64,000 bases of DNA, taken from contig JABIAG010000001.1 in the NCBI GenBank assembly GCA_018653365.1, positions 640,001 to 704,000 on the forward strand, read 5' to 3'. Source of the DNA: Candidatus Woesearchaeota archaeon (GTDB lineage: Archaea; Nanobdellota; Nanobdellia; Woesearchaeales; JABIAG01). The stretch's first letter is position 1; each line of letters starts with the position of its first letter. The notes beneath the pieces are model-generated. The model was not told the DNA's origin, did no database searches, and was given only the letters and a program-made list of their open reading frames with translations. Shown one piece after another: positions 48,191 to 58,266 of the stretch. Position numbers and translations under genes: made by a program.

Positions 48191-49308
48191 TAAAAAAAGA
48201 ACAAAAAACTGAACGCATCACAGCATACACGTTCAGTGCACAAAAAGTAACAGACTTAACAAAAGCACACACCCTACTTTGTAAAGCATTCAAAGAGAGA
48301 CCAATAGGTACATATGGAGGGGTGAACACAGACACGCTTTATGAAGCAATAACAAGAAAAGGATATGACATAACCAGAGAAGAGATTTGTGCAAAAGATG
48401 ATGAAGATGTAGGATTACACATGCCAAACTTCTGGCCAATAAATATAGGAGAGTGGGCGATGAGCATTGCAATGTATTATTCTTACATGCAAATGAGGTA
48501 CACTTCAGGATTTCCCACATTTCCTTCATGGAACCGGCAAGCAAGAACAGAAATTGGGTGGGAAAGCACAATAGAGGTTTATGATTTGAATAGGCTCACA
48601 AAAAGACTAGAAACAAATGAATGGCCCTTTTTTAGTAGCCCCCTGACTCTAACTGAATGCATGAGACATTTAGAAGGTTGGCAAATGCGAAGATTAAATG
48701 CTTACAAAGAGTATTCTAGAAAAATTGAAGCATGGGCAAAAAAGCAACCATTTTATGACGCTACAGAATGGCATTTAGGAAGAGAACAAAGCAAAAGACT
48801 AATGCAAAAAACAGGACAGATAACAAATGTAAGATACTGTGTAAAAAGATTCTGGCAAGACGTTCTTACCCAGAGAGAGTTGCAAGAAGGCGATCGCGAA
48901 TTAGATATTGTAACTCCTTTATTTTCACAAGATAGAATGCCTGACCTAATGTTAGTTGGTGAAGACTTCTTCGAAACAGATGGAAGATTCACCCCTTTTG
49001 ACCCAGAACAACACTCCACACTAACATTTAAATACAATTTTCAAAGCAGGGTGGAACATACCAATCCCGTTAGAAAAGAGGATCCCAAACAACACAATTA
49101 TATGACTGCACAAATAGCAACAGAACAACATCCCCACACCAACGTTGTACTACTCTCCTTTGATCCACAGCAAAGAAAATTATTCAAATTAATAAAAGAA
49201 GATGGAACAAAAGAGGGATTAAGCTTAGAAGTTATTTTGGCATCTGCCGCCTGTCTAGATTATTTAGGTGTTAACATACTCAAAGAGGTGGAAACATGTC
49301 TCTCGTAG
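48187..49308 (+). CDS. Orphan with weak ArgRS catalytic-domain-like motifs
   Basis: ATGA-coupled start at 48187; MPNFWPINIGE resembles SPN..PLHIGH; RKED...NYMTAQIA...VVLL...QQRKLF resembles the ArgRS KSDG..Y...D.A...IYV...Q..HF block. Confidence 0.55.
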   Translation: MIKKEQKTERITAYTFSAQKVTDLTKAHTLLCKAFKERPIGTYGGVNTDTLYEAITRKGYDITREEICAKDDEDVGLHMPNFWPINIGEWAMSIAMYYSYMQMRYTSGFPTFPSWNRQARTEIGWESTIEVYDLNRLTKRLETNEWPFFSSPLTLTECMRHLEGWQMRRLNAYKEYSRKIEAWAKKQPFYDATEWHLGREQSKRLMQKTGQITNVRYCVKRFWQDVLTQRELQEGDRELDIVTPLFSQDRMPDLMLVGEDFFETDGRFTPFDPEQHSTLTFKYNFQSRVEHTNPVRKEDPKQHNYMTAQIATEQHPHTNVVLLSFDPQQRKLFKLIKEDGTKEGLSLEVILASAACLDYLGVNILKEVETCLS

Positions 49309-50288
49309 TTCCAAAGAAGTATTTTATGATGACCACGAGAAGATGTAATTGTGATTGTGATTACTGCTACGCTTCACCAGACAATAGAGATATGTCTGAA
49401 GAGGTATTAACCACCAGCACTAGACAAATAATGAAAACAGTAGCTAAACCTTTGTTCATGTGGTACGGCGGAGAACCCATTCTAAGAGCTAGGGGGTTTT
49501 TTGAGAAAGCAATAGAACTTCAAGAAGGAAAAGCTAGAAACTTAATCCAAACAAACCTCACGTTAAACAAACCAGAACTACTAGAATTTCTTTTAGAAAA
49601 CTCGTTTACAATTAGCACAAGCATTGACGGGCCAAGAAGACTACATGACCTTAGAAGAAGATACTGCTCAGGAAACTCAAACTTTTCTGACATTGAAACT
49701 AATCGGGCATTATTACAAGAAAAAGGTTATACTCCTTGGGCAATATGTGTAGTATCAAAAACTAATGTTGCACATCCTGAAGAAATCTTTGATTTCTTCT
49801 ACGAAAAAGGTCTTAACATAAGATTCTGCCCAACAACAACCGCAGAAGTTAATCCCGTTGATTACATCAAGTTTATGCAACGCATTCATAAAAAATGGCA
49901 ACAAAAACCTGAGATCAAAATTTCTAATTTCTCTAAAGCGCGACAAACAGTTATTACTGGAACCCCGCAAGAATGTGACAATATGTCAAACTGTCTTGAA
50001 AACAATCTTTGCATTGATGTTGATGGACAAATTTATCCTTGCAATAGATTTGCAGGAAACCAAGAGTTCTCACTTGGAGAGGTAGAGAACGGAGTTTTAA
50101 CTGCTTTAAATTCTAAAAAAGGAAGAGAACTAGCCGAACGCACAACAAACTGCGAACACAATTGCACTACCTGCCTAAACGGAGGATGTATGTTTAATGC
50201 ATTATCCCAACATGGAGATTGGAAAACTGTTGACGATTTTTGCATTGCGAACCAAGAACTGCTAAATATTGTGAGGCAAGATGAGTAA
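49296..50288 (+). CDS. Radical SAM/SPASM enzyme (anSME-like)
   Basis: CNCDCDYCY, WYGGEP, IQTN, SIDGP..LHD..R; SPASM cysteines (EC...NC...IYPC...CEHNC..CLNGGC...FC). Confidence 0.9.
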   Translation: MSLVVPKKYFMMTTRRCNCDCDYCYASPDNRDMSEEVLTTSTRQIMKTVAKPLFMWYGGEPILRARGFFEKAIELQEGKARNLIQTNLTLNKPELLEFLLENSFTISTSIDGPRRLHDLRRRYCSGNSNFSDIETNRALLQEKGYTPWAICVVSKTNVAHPEEIFDFFYEKGLNIRFCPTTTAEVNPVDYIKFMQRIHKKWQQKPEIKISNFSKARQTVITGTPQECDNMSNCLENNLCIDVDGQIYPCNRFAGNQEFSLGEVENGVLTALNSKKGRELAERTTNCEHNCTTCLNGGCMFNALSQHGDWKTVDDFCIANQELLNIVRQDE

Positions 50289-51069
50289 TTACCCAGTAAT
50301 TAATAATGTGATGGGACATCTGGAAAGAGATGAATCTGCAGATTTCGGAGAACACAATCTTGAAAGTTGTAGCATATGTCGAGAGTTAAAGCATGAAAAA
50401 AATATTATTTGTGGATCAGAAAGGTTTGTAGCCTTCCCAGACATAGGACAAATCGTCGAAGGATATGTTCAGGTTGTAACAAGATGGCACAAATTACAAG
50501 AAGAACTAACCTCCGTTGGACAGATCCCCTCAGAATGGATTCCTGAACTGCAAAAGTTTATTGTTGCAATGCAAGAAGGTGTAGAAAGCATTTATGGTCC
50601 CTCGATCATATTTGAACATGGCGAGGTCCCAACATATAGAAAAGATGGAAGGATAAGAACAGTTCACATGCACATGCATATCATTCCAACCAACCAGTCC
50701 CTACTAGACCAGATTACAAACAGCAACATATTTACAGTTAAACCAATCGATGATTTAACTCCTCTACGCGAAAAATCTGCTTCGGGTGAACCGTACTACT
50801 TTTATCAAGACCTAAACAGACAAAACTACTTACTTGAATTTGGAGAAGAATTACCATCTCAAATATTACGAAAGTTGGTGAGTGGATTACCAAAGGTTAC
50901 AGAAAGAAATCAACACTGGTTAAAAGAAAACCAATCAGAAGTTCAACTTAATAATTGTTGGGAATGTATGGCATTCAGACCCGCAGACAGATTTTATGCA
51001 ACAGTAAGAAAATTAAGGCAAGAATATTTAAATAGGAATACTAACACAACTCAAGCAGAGGTGAAATAA
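50281..51069 (+). CDS. HIT-family nucleotide hydrolase/transferase
   Basis: CSIC, FVAFPDIGQIVEGYVQVV..WH, FEHG, VHMHMHIIP. Confidence 0.85.
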   Translation: MSNYPVINNVMGHLERDESADFGEHNLESCSICRELKHEKNIICGSERFVAFPDIGQIVEGYVQVVTRWHKLQEELTSVGQIPSEWIPELQKFIVAMQEGVESIYGPSIIFEHGEVPTYRKDGRIRTVHMHMHIIPTNQSLLDQITNSNIFTVKPIDDLTPLREKSASGEPYYFYQDLNRQNYLLEFGEELPSQILRKLVSGLPKVTERNQHWLKENQSEVQLNNCWECMAFRPADRFYATVRKLRQEYLNRNTNTTQAEVK

Positions 51070-51603
51070 ATGATAACACACGAAGAAGCATTAGACTTAC
51101 TAAAAAAACACGGAATTGAGGGGTTTGTACTAAAACACGTTCTCAGAGTAAACCAGATTGCAGTTTATTTAGCTAAAAAGCTAAAAGAAAAAGGAGAGAG
51201 TGTTAATGTTGAACTTACAGACATTGCAAGCTTGTTACATGACATTGGGAAAAAATTAGCAGACTCCACACCAATGAACCACATAGACGCGGGTGTAAAA
51301 ATACTAAATGATGAAGGAATGAAAGAGATTGGTGAAGTAATCAAAAAACATTCAATTAATGCAATAGTTGAAGAAGACAAAATTCCAACTACATGGGAAG
51401 AAAAACTGATCTTCTATGCTGACAGACGAGTAATAGAGGACAAAATTGCAAGTCTTGATGAAAGAATCACAGATCTAAAAACTAGATACCCAGATATTGA
51501 AAAGTTCTTAGGAGAAGCTGTTCCAAAAATTAAAAAGCTAGAAGAAACAATATTCAACATACTTGACATTTCAAAAGACCTAACAGAGTTAAAGAATGAC
51601 TGA
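51070..51603 (+). CDS. HD-domain (HDIG) phosphohydrolase
   Basis: KHV..V, LLHDIGK, H...G, KH, EEKLIFYAD. Confidence 0.9.
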   Translation: MITHEEALDLLKKHGIEGFVLKHVLRVNQIAVYLAKKLKEKGESVNVELTDIASLLHDIGKKLADSTPMNHIDAGVKILNDEGMKEIGEVIKKHSINAIVEEDKIPTTWEEKLIFYADRRVIEDKIASLDERITDLKTRYPDIEKFLGEAVPKIKKLEETIFNILDISKDLTELKND

Positions 51604-52246
51604 CAGAACAGAATTACTAAAAGAATATGTAGCAGAAATACAAACAAAAGAAAGAGTTTGTGCGGCACACTCTTTTGATCACACCTTAAGAGTTCTTGAA
51701 AACATAAAACAAATGTTAAAATATTCTGACGTAGACCCAGAACAAGCACTTGCAAGTGCTCTGTTACATGACATAATCAGACCACCATATAGGGAAAAAG
51801 GGGGGAAAGAACACGCAGAACTAAGTGCAAAAGAAGCCAGAAAAGTATTACCTAAATTCGGATTTGACCAAGAAAGCACAAATGCAATAACACAAGCAAT
51901 ACGCGAACACAGCGCAACCAAGGACGTTAACAGGGGAGAATTATCCCAACTACTCTTTGAAGCAGATAAACTAGACACCTTTGGGAAAACCGGACTCGAA
52001 AGATGGATGTGTTTAGGCAAAGGAGATGGACTATCTCAACAAGAAATTTTAGAAGGAATATTAAAAATACAACTCAAACTATTAGTATTTAACACATTTA
52101 AAAACAAATATGCAAAAGAGGAACTCAAAAAAAGAAAGAAAATGCTATTTGATCACATAAAAAAAGAAATTGGAGAAGGCAAATTTGAACATATAGTAAA
52201 CAACTTTGACTCAAATTACGACCCATACGCACACCTAATCAAATGA
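51596..52246 (+). CDS. HD-domain phosphohydrolase
   Basis: AHSFDHTLRV, ALLHDI, HAELSA, AIREHS, EADKLD. Confidence 0.9.
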   Translation: MTDRTELLKEYVAEIQTKERVCAAHSFDHTLRVLENIKQMLKYSDVDPEQALASALLHDIIRPPYREKGGKEHAELSAKEARKVLPKFGFDQESTNAITQAIREHSATKDVNRGELSQLLFEADKLDTFGKTGLERWMCLGKGDGLSQQEILEGILKIQLKLLVFNTFKNKYAKEELKKRKKMLFDHIKKEIGEGKFEHIVNNFDSNYDPYAHLIK

Positions 52247-52635
52247 AACAAAAAATATCTGTAGGAGGAATGCTAGTTAAAGATGGAAAGGTATTAGTTG
52301 TAAGAAGAAGTAGTGTTGAAGAGGTGTTATCTGGCTATTACGAATTACCTGGAGGCAAGGTCGAATTTGGCGATCATCCAGAAGAGACCGTTGTTAGGGA
52401 GTTTAAAGAAGAAACCGGATTGGATGTTTCAGTAATTAAGTTGTTTAAAGTGTTTACTTATGTCATTGGTGAGAATCACACTGTTGAACTAGTTTACATT
52501 GTTTCTGGAGAGGGAGAGGTTGTTCTGAGTGAAGAACATGATGATTACAAATGGGTTAGTGATGTAAATGATTTACAAATGACTGAAAAAATGAAAAAAA
52601 ATATTAAAGAAGGGCTAAATCTTCAAATTATTTAG
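52243..52635 (+). CDS. Nudix hydrolase (MutT-like)
   Basis: [37 protein letters not shown]. Confidence 0.92.
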   Translation: MKQKISVGGMLVKDGKVLVVRRSSVEEVLSGYYELPGGKVEFGDHPEETVVREFKEETGLDVSVIKLFKVFTYVIGENHTVELVYIVSGEGEVVLSEEHDDYKWVSDVNDLQMTEKMKKNIKEGLNLQII

Positions 52636-53827
52636 GACCCAACTTCAACCTCAAAGCATTTAGTTTAATGAAACCCTTAGCATCAGTCTGGTCATAACCA
52701 CCCAACTTGTCCATACTTGCAATATTTTCATTATACAAAGACTTATCAGACTCTCTGCTTGTAACAAAAGCGTTCCCTTTGTATAACGTTAGGTACACCT
52801 TACCATCAACATTAATCTGGCTCTGGTTAACAGCAGACATGAGAAAATCCATCTCAGGACTGAACCAAAAACCGTTATATATAAGTTCAGCAATCTTAGG
52901 CATTAACATATCCTTCAAATGACAGACTTCTCTATCCAATACCAACCCCTCAATGTCTTTGTGAGCTATAAGTAGAATAGTTCCAGCAGGAGTTTCATAA
53001 ACCCCACGAGATTTCATCCCAACAAACCTATTTTCTACTAAATCTATTCTTCCAATTCCATTCTCAGAACCAAGCTTGTTAAGATACTGAAAAAGTTCCA
53101 AAGAACCAGTAACAGTGTTGTTCTCATGAGTAACACTAACAGGAATTCCCTCTTTAAACTCTATCATAATCTTAGTCTCCTTATCAGGAGCGTTTAATGG
53201 AGAGGTAGTTTTCTTAAACATATCCTCTTTAGGCTCATACTTTGGGTCTTCTAACTTTCCAGCCTCATAACTAATATGCATAAGATTATCATCCATGCTA
53301 TATGGCTTCTCAGCAGTAGACTCTATAGGAATCTTGTGTTTGTGTGCATAATTAATCAGATCAGTTCTTCCCTTGAACTTAGCTAGAAATTCAGGATCTT
53401 TCCAGGGACTAATTATTTCAGCATCAGGAACAAACTTCATAATAGTTAACTCAAATCTAACCTGATCATTCCCCTTACCAGTAGCACCATGAGCAAAAAT
53501 ATTAGTAGATTCTTTCTCTGCTATCTCTATATGCTTCTTTGCTATAATTGGTCTAGCCAGAGAGGTACCTAAAAGGTACTTGCCTTCATAAACTGAGTTG
53601 GCTTTCAGGGCCTGAAAAATATATTCTTGAACAAACTCCTCTTTCAAATCTTCGATGTAAACTTTAGAAGCACCAAGTAAAAGTGCTTTCTCTTTAGCCT
53701 TATCAAAATCCTCTTCTTGACCCACATCAGCCACATAACAAACAACTTCATATCCTTTATTGATTAACCAATGCAAAATAATTGAGGTATCCAAACCACC
53801 AGAATATGCCAATATTACTTTTTTCAT
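52628..53827 (-). CDS. argG: Argininosuccinate synthase
   Basis: [50 protein letters not shown]. Confidence 0.97.
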   Translation of the reverse strand: MKKVILAYSGGLDTSIILHWLINKGYEVVCYVADVGQEEDFDKAKEKALLLGASKVYIEDLKEEFVQEYIFQALKANSVYEGKYLLGTSLARPIIAKKHIEIAEKESTNIFAHGATGKGNDQVRFELTIMKFVPDAEIISPWKDPEFLAKFKGRTDLINYAHKHKIPIESTAEKPYSMDDNLMHISYEAGKLEDPKYEPKEDMFKKTTSPLNAPDKETKIMIEFKEGIPVSVTHENNTVTGSLELFQYLNKLGSENGIGRIDLVENRFVGMKSRGVYETPAGTILLIAHKDIEGLVLDREVCHLKDMLMPKIAELIYNGFWFSPEMDFLMSAVNQSQINVDGKVYLTLYKGNAFVTSRESDKSLYNENIASMDKLGGYDQTDAKGFIKLNALRLKLGPK

Positions 53828-55014
53828 TTTATCCCTCCAAACTTTAATCCAATCTTTTTGTATGATTCTCTAAACGGCATGCCCTGTTTTACTAGTTCAT
53901 AAGTTTCTTGCGTTGCATACATTTCATCTGTTATTGCCTTTTCACAATTACTTTTGTTTATTTTCAGGTTAGGTACTACCGACGCAATAATTACCAAACA
54001 CTCTTTAACCAACTCAAAAGATTTCATCAACGGTTCTTTTGTCAACTGAGTATCTCGATTATAACCAAAAATAAGATTCCCAATCAAACTCTTAATCTTA
54101 AATTCTTCACCTAAAACAACATGATACTTTGCTCTTATTAATTCAACCACGTCCAAATTATTCTTTTGGGGCATTATAGAACTACCAGTACAAAACTCAG
54201 GAGACAATTCAATATAACCAAACTCTTTCATACCAAATAACATTAAATCTGTTGTGAATTTATTCAGATCAAACATAATTGCAGAAATAACATTCAAAAT
54301 CTGAGCTTCAAATTTACCCCTGCTCAACTGACAATAAATTGGGTTCTCCATCACCTTAGAAAAATTCAATTCTGCAGCAGTCATGCTTTTATCAATCTTA
54401 AATACAGGAACACCGAACCCAGCAGCACTCCCAAGAGGATTTTGATCTATCAATTTAGTGATGGCATCAAGCAGGATCAAGTTATCATTCATTGAATCTT
54501 TGTAGCTTACAAGCCAGGTTTTAACATTAGTAGGCATTGCCTTCTGCATATGCGTATACCCCGGCAAACCAATATCTCCATTTGACTTAATGGCAGTATC
54601 AATTACCTCTGTGAATTTTTTAACTAAGTCGATAATATTCTTTAATTCCTCCTTCTCATACAAACGCAAGGCGGTTAAAACCTGATCATTTCTTGATCTT
54701 GCAGTGTGAATCTTTTTTCCAGTATCGCCATATTTTTTAATCAAATAATTTTCAATAGCAGTATGACAATCCTCATCTTCCTGTTTTATCTCAAACTGAC
54801 CTTTTGCATCAAGAATTAGAATGTTATTTAATCCTTTAACCAAATCCTGCAACTCCGTTTCAGAAAGTATATTGATACTCTTTAACATTTTTGCGTGAGC
54901 TATGGACGCCAGACAATCAAACTTGACCAAATTTTTATCTAACAGATAATCATTACCTACTGTAAACTTTTCAACTTCCTTTTTCAGACCAATTCCCTTA
55001 TCCCATAACTTCAT
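53824..55014 (-). CDS. argH: Argininosuccinate lyase
   Basis: [35 protein letters not shown]. Confidence 0.95.
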   Translation of the reverse strand: MKLWDKGIGLKKEVEKFTVGNDYLLDKNLVKFDCLASIAHAKMLKSINILSETELQDLVKGLNNILILDAKGQFEIKQEDEDCHTAIENYLIKKYGDTGKKIHTARSRNDQVLTALRLYEKEELKNIIDLVKKFTEVIDTAIKSNGDIGLPGYTHMQKAMPTNVKTWLVSYKDSMNDNLILLDAITKLIDQNPLGSAAGFGVPVFKIDKSMTAAELNFSKVMENPIYCQLSRGKFEAQILNVISAIMFDLNKFTTDLMLFGMKEFGYIELSPEFCTGSSIMPQKNNLDVVELIRAKYHVVLGEEFKIKSLIGNLIFGYNRDTQLTKEPLMKSFELVKECLVIIASVVPNLKINKSNCEKAITDEMYATQETYELVKQGMPFRESYKKIGLKFGGIK

Positions 55015-55136
55015 AGTTAAATAATATTTTAAACAAAGATTTATAATTAACGACTGAAATGAAACTTGAATGAACAGAAGTGTTCTATTTAGAACACTTT
55101 AGTAAAGTTTATAAATATGAAAGGTTTCCTCCTTAC

Positions 55137-55727
55137 ATGAAATCAACAGCAGAACAAACAACAGACTACATCAAAGAACACCCACACATAAAATCGTGTT
55201 TGAAAAAAGGCCTGATAAACTATTCAGCACTGGCTCGTTTAATATCAAAAGAATTGAATATTGATAAGAAAACATCCAAAGAGGCTATTCTTATTGCAGC
55301 AAGAAGGTTTCAACAAAAGATTAAAAAAGAGTTTGGATATGATCGCGATATCAAAAAGTTACTATCTACCTCTGAAATAGAGGTAAAGAATAAAATCAAT
55401 GTTTATGTTGTTGACAAAAACGTAAAAGTAGATGCAATAACACTAGAAGGATCAGAAAATAATACAGTGATAGTATCAGACAAGAATAAGTGTTTAATTG
55501 AGAAAAAATTCAAGAATAGCATAATTAAGAAGCATACAGACCTAGTCTTAATAATAATCAAATCCTCAAAAGACATTGAGAGCATTCCAGGAGTAGTAGC
55601 ATACATAACCTCACTATTCTCAGAAAACGGAGTTAATATCGTGGAATTTTTATCTTGTTGGACAGATACGTTGTTTGTAATTGAAGCTAAAGATTTGCAC
55701 AAAGCCATAGAATTCTTAAAGTTTTAA
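55137..55727 (+). CDS. ACT-domain regulator-like protein (paralog 2), divergent from argHG
   Basis: LKKGLINYSALAR.I, IPGVVAYITSLFSENGVNIVEFLSCWTD; ATG 55137 preferred as start. Confidence 0.75.
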   Translation: MKSTAEQTTDYIKEHPHIKSCLKKGLINYSALARLISKELNIDKKTSKEAILIAARRFQQKIKKEFGYDRDIKKLLSTSEIEVKNKINVYVVDKNVKVDAITLEGSENNTVIVSDKNKCLIEKKFKNSIIKKHTDLVLIIIKSSKDIESIPGVVAYITSLFSENGVNIVEFLSCWTDTLFVIEAKDLHKAIEFLKF

Positions 55728-55793
55728 GATGAAATTATTCTAAAACACAATATTCAAGAATCTTTATAAAAAAATAAACAATTCTACCCACGT

Positions 55794-56357
55794 ATGACCT
55801 ATGATCCCACAAGAGATAGAGCTCTTCTCTGGAGAAATCAAGATAGGCAACACTCTCCTGGAGCTGAAGAAGCATTCAGCGCAGTTCAAGATTATATCCG
55901 GGAAAAAATGGAAGAACTTGGAATAACAGCAAACCAACTTGCAAACCACATTCATAGAAAAATGGAACTTGCTCCTTCATCTTGCTACCAAAAAATCACT
56001 GCAGCAATGCGTGGCAACATCTGCCCTTCCCCAAATGCGGGGTATAAAACAATTTCAACCATACTTAACAGAACATCCATCCTTCTTTATGCACTTCAAT
56101 TAGAGGAAACTGATCCTTTAGTGAGACAGATGAAAGAAGCTTGGCCAAATTTTGAATTTCCTCCTCTTTCAGGTAAAAAAAGATTTAGTCGAACAACAAG
56201 CCTCCCAACTAAACCCCAAAAAAGTCTCGCCGAAGAAGAAACTGACAAAATAGCTGGGAAAATCTTACGTCTCACATACCGCGACAGAAGAGTTGTAAAC
56301 AGTTTAGTTAATTCCATGCTCCGACCAGATAATCAACCTTCAACACAGCAGTATTAG
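55794..56357 (+). CDS. Hypothetical protein (possible HTH)
   Basis: YIREKMEELGITANQLA resembles the first helices of an XRE-type HTH. Confidence 0.5.
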   Translation: MTYDPTRDRALLWRNQDRQHSPGAEEAFSAVQDYIREKMEELGITANQLANHIHRKMELAPSSCYQKITAAMRGNICPSPNAGYKTISTILNRTSILLYALQLEETDPLVRQMKEAWPNFEFPPLSGKKRFSRTTSLPTKPQKSLAEEETDKIAGKILRLTYRDRRVVNSLVNSMLRPDNQPSTQQY

Positions 56358-56374
56358 AAAAGTATCAGAAGTTC

Positions 56375-57085
56375 TCATAATTTAAACAAGAAATTATTCT
56401 TAGACCAAAACCATAACACAGGATGCATTTGAATAGGGGTAATGTTTGATCCTTTAAGTGCCTCTCTCCATATGTTAGATATTTGTTCTTTAGATTCGTT
56501 TCCTTTTATTACACCTAACTTAATAGAACACTTAGTGATATGAGTATCAGGAGCTATTTCTATTAAGTTAGAGTTATTCATATTTAAGTTACAGTATTGG
56601 TTTAATATAAAACACCAGTAATTGAAAATCTTAGGTCCACTTAGGTAGGGAAAACCTTTCTTGTGTTTTATTTGTAATAATTGTTTTAGAGTCAAATAAT
56701 CTGGATTTTTTAAAAGATTAGAAAGAGTAGAGAAATTAGTTGTTATGGTTTGTGCTATAGTCTTCCAGTTATGAGTGTGTTTGTTAGGTTGTAATGCTAG
56801 TTTATGTTTAGATAGTAATTGTTGTAATTGGTTAGTATCCATGTTGGAAACTTCTTTAAGATTGAATACTATGTTAGTAGTTGGATCATTGTACGTAGCT
56901 AAAGCAGCTTTCCATAAAGCGTAACTATCCCTTTGGTAGTTTAAAGACATAGGAAGAGTGAAGTAGATTAGTTTAGACTCTTGGTCTTTGAATACTGGAT
57001 GAGAATCTTCGGGCATGATTGTTTGACCTAGACTGCCATCTTTGTAGGCTTGTAGAAGGGTTTGGCAGGATTGGATTAATGACAT
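56375..57085 (-). CDS. Conserved hypothetical protein, HhH-glycosylase-like
   Basis: KGFPYLSGPKIFNYW...IAPDTHI...H..LW pattern. Confidence 0.6.
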   Translation of the reverse strand: MSLIQSCQTLLQAYKDGSLGQTIMPEDSHPVFKDQESKLIYFTLPMSLNYQRDSYALWKAALATYNDPTTNIVFNLKEVSNMDTNQLQQLLSKHKLALQPNKHTHNWKTIAQTITTNFSTLSNLLKNPDYLTLKQLLQIKHKKGFPYLSGPKIFNYWCFILNQYCNLNMNNSNLIEIAPDTHITKCSIKLGVIKGNESKEQISNIWREALKGSNITPIQMHPVLWFWSKNNFLFKL

Positions 57086-57219
57086 TGTTATAAGCAGATG
57101 GATTAGATATATAAACCTACTGTCAATTGCTCTTTGTTTAATTTATTAACCTGAATGTAATTAAGGGCGGATTTAATTAAATAGAAATGTTTTTAAGGAG
57201 ATTTAGTTTTTATTGACAT

Positions 57220-58260
57220 ATGAAAGACATAATTGCGGTGGATCTATTCTGTGGAGCAGGAGGATTAACCCGCGGCCTTTTAGATGCTAAAATCAAAGTA
57301 ACAAAAGGATTTGACAATAATGAAAACTTTAAAGAGACCTATGAAAAGAATAATCCTGGCACCGTTTTTAGTTCAAAGGACATATGTGATTTAACAGGTA
57401 GTGAAGTCTTAAAAGATCTTGATTTAAAAAACAATTATCTTCTTCTGGCGGGGTGTGCACCATGCCAACCGTTTTCAAACATTAATAAAAAAGAAGTTAC
57501 AAAAGATAACAGAAAATTCCTATTACTTGAATTTGGAAGATTGGTTGAAGAAACCAAACCCGACTTTATTTTTATTGAAAATGTTCCTGGACTAGCAACA
57601 GGTAAAGGTAGAATAATATTTGAAACATTTAAGAAAAAACTTAAAAAAATGAAGTATCATTTTGATTATAACGTTGTTGATGCTAAAAGTTATGGCGTTC
57701 CACAAAAACGAATGCGTTTAATCCTTTTAGCTTCGGCACATACCCCCATAAAGTTCCCAAAACCCACGCATGGGAAAGAAAAATCGTTAAGTTCTTATGT
57801 CACAGTACGAGATGCGATTTCTTCCTACCCTGCAATAAAAGCAGGAGCTAAGCACAAAACAATATTTAATCATAACACCCGAAGTTTATCCACCATCAAT
57901 AAAACCAGGTTAGAACATATTAAAAAGAATGGAGGTTCAAGATTTGACCTGCCAGACGATTTAGTGTTGGATTGCCATAAGAAACATAATGGACATTCTG
58001 ATGTTTACGGAAGAATGTGGTGGGATAAAGCATCACCAACACTAACTTGCAAATGTACGAGTATCTCAAATGGAAGATTTGCTCATCCCACTCAGAAAAG
58101 AGGAATTAGTGTAAGAGAAGCTGCTGCTCTTCAAACATTTGATGACAATTATCGATTTTATGGTACCCTAACAAACAACACAATAATGGTGGGAAATGCC
58201 GTTCCGCCTCTCTTAGCAAAGAAAATTGGGATAGTATTTTTAAATAAAGACTCATTCTAA
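57220..58260 (+). CDS. C5-cytosine DNA methyltransferase
   Basis: DLFCGAGG (motif I), PCQ (IV), ENV (VI), Q.R.R (VIII), R.ISVREAA.LQ (IX), GNAVPP (X). Confidence 0.95.
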   Translation: MKDIIAVDLFCGAGGLTRGLLDAKIKVTKGFDNNENFKETYEKNNPGTVFSSKDICDLTGSEVLKDLDLKNNYLLLAGCAPCQPFSNINKKEVTKDNRKFLLLEFGRLVEETKPDFIFIENVPGLATGKGRIIFETFKKKLKKMKYHFDYNVVDAKSYGVPQKRMRLILLASAHTPIKFPKPTHGKEKSLSSYVTVRDAISSYPAIKAGAKHKTIFNHNTRSLSTINKTRLEHIKKNGGSRFDLPDDLVLDCHKKHNGHSDVYGRMWWDKASPTLTCKCTSISNGRFAHPTQKRGISVREAAALQTFDDNYRFYGTLTNNTIMVGNAVPPLLAKKIGIVFLNKDSF

Positions 58261-58266
58261 ATCCAA

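Noticed and set aside
45957-50288. RiPP cluster interpretation of operon B
   Set aside because: No precursor peptide, PqqD/RRE domain or exporter was seen, and the accessory genes are nucleotide hydrolases. Not fully excluded.
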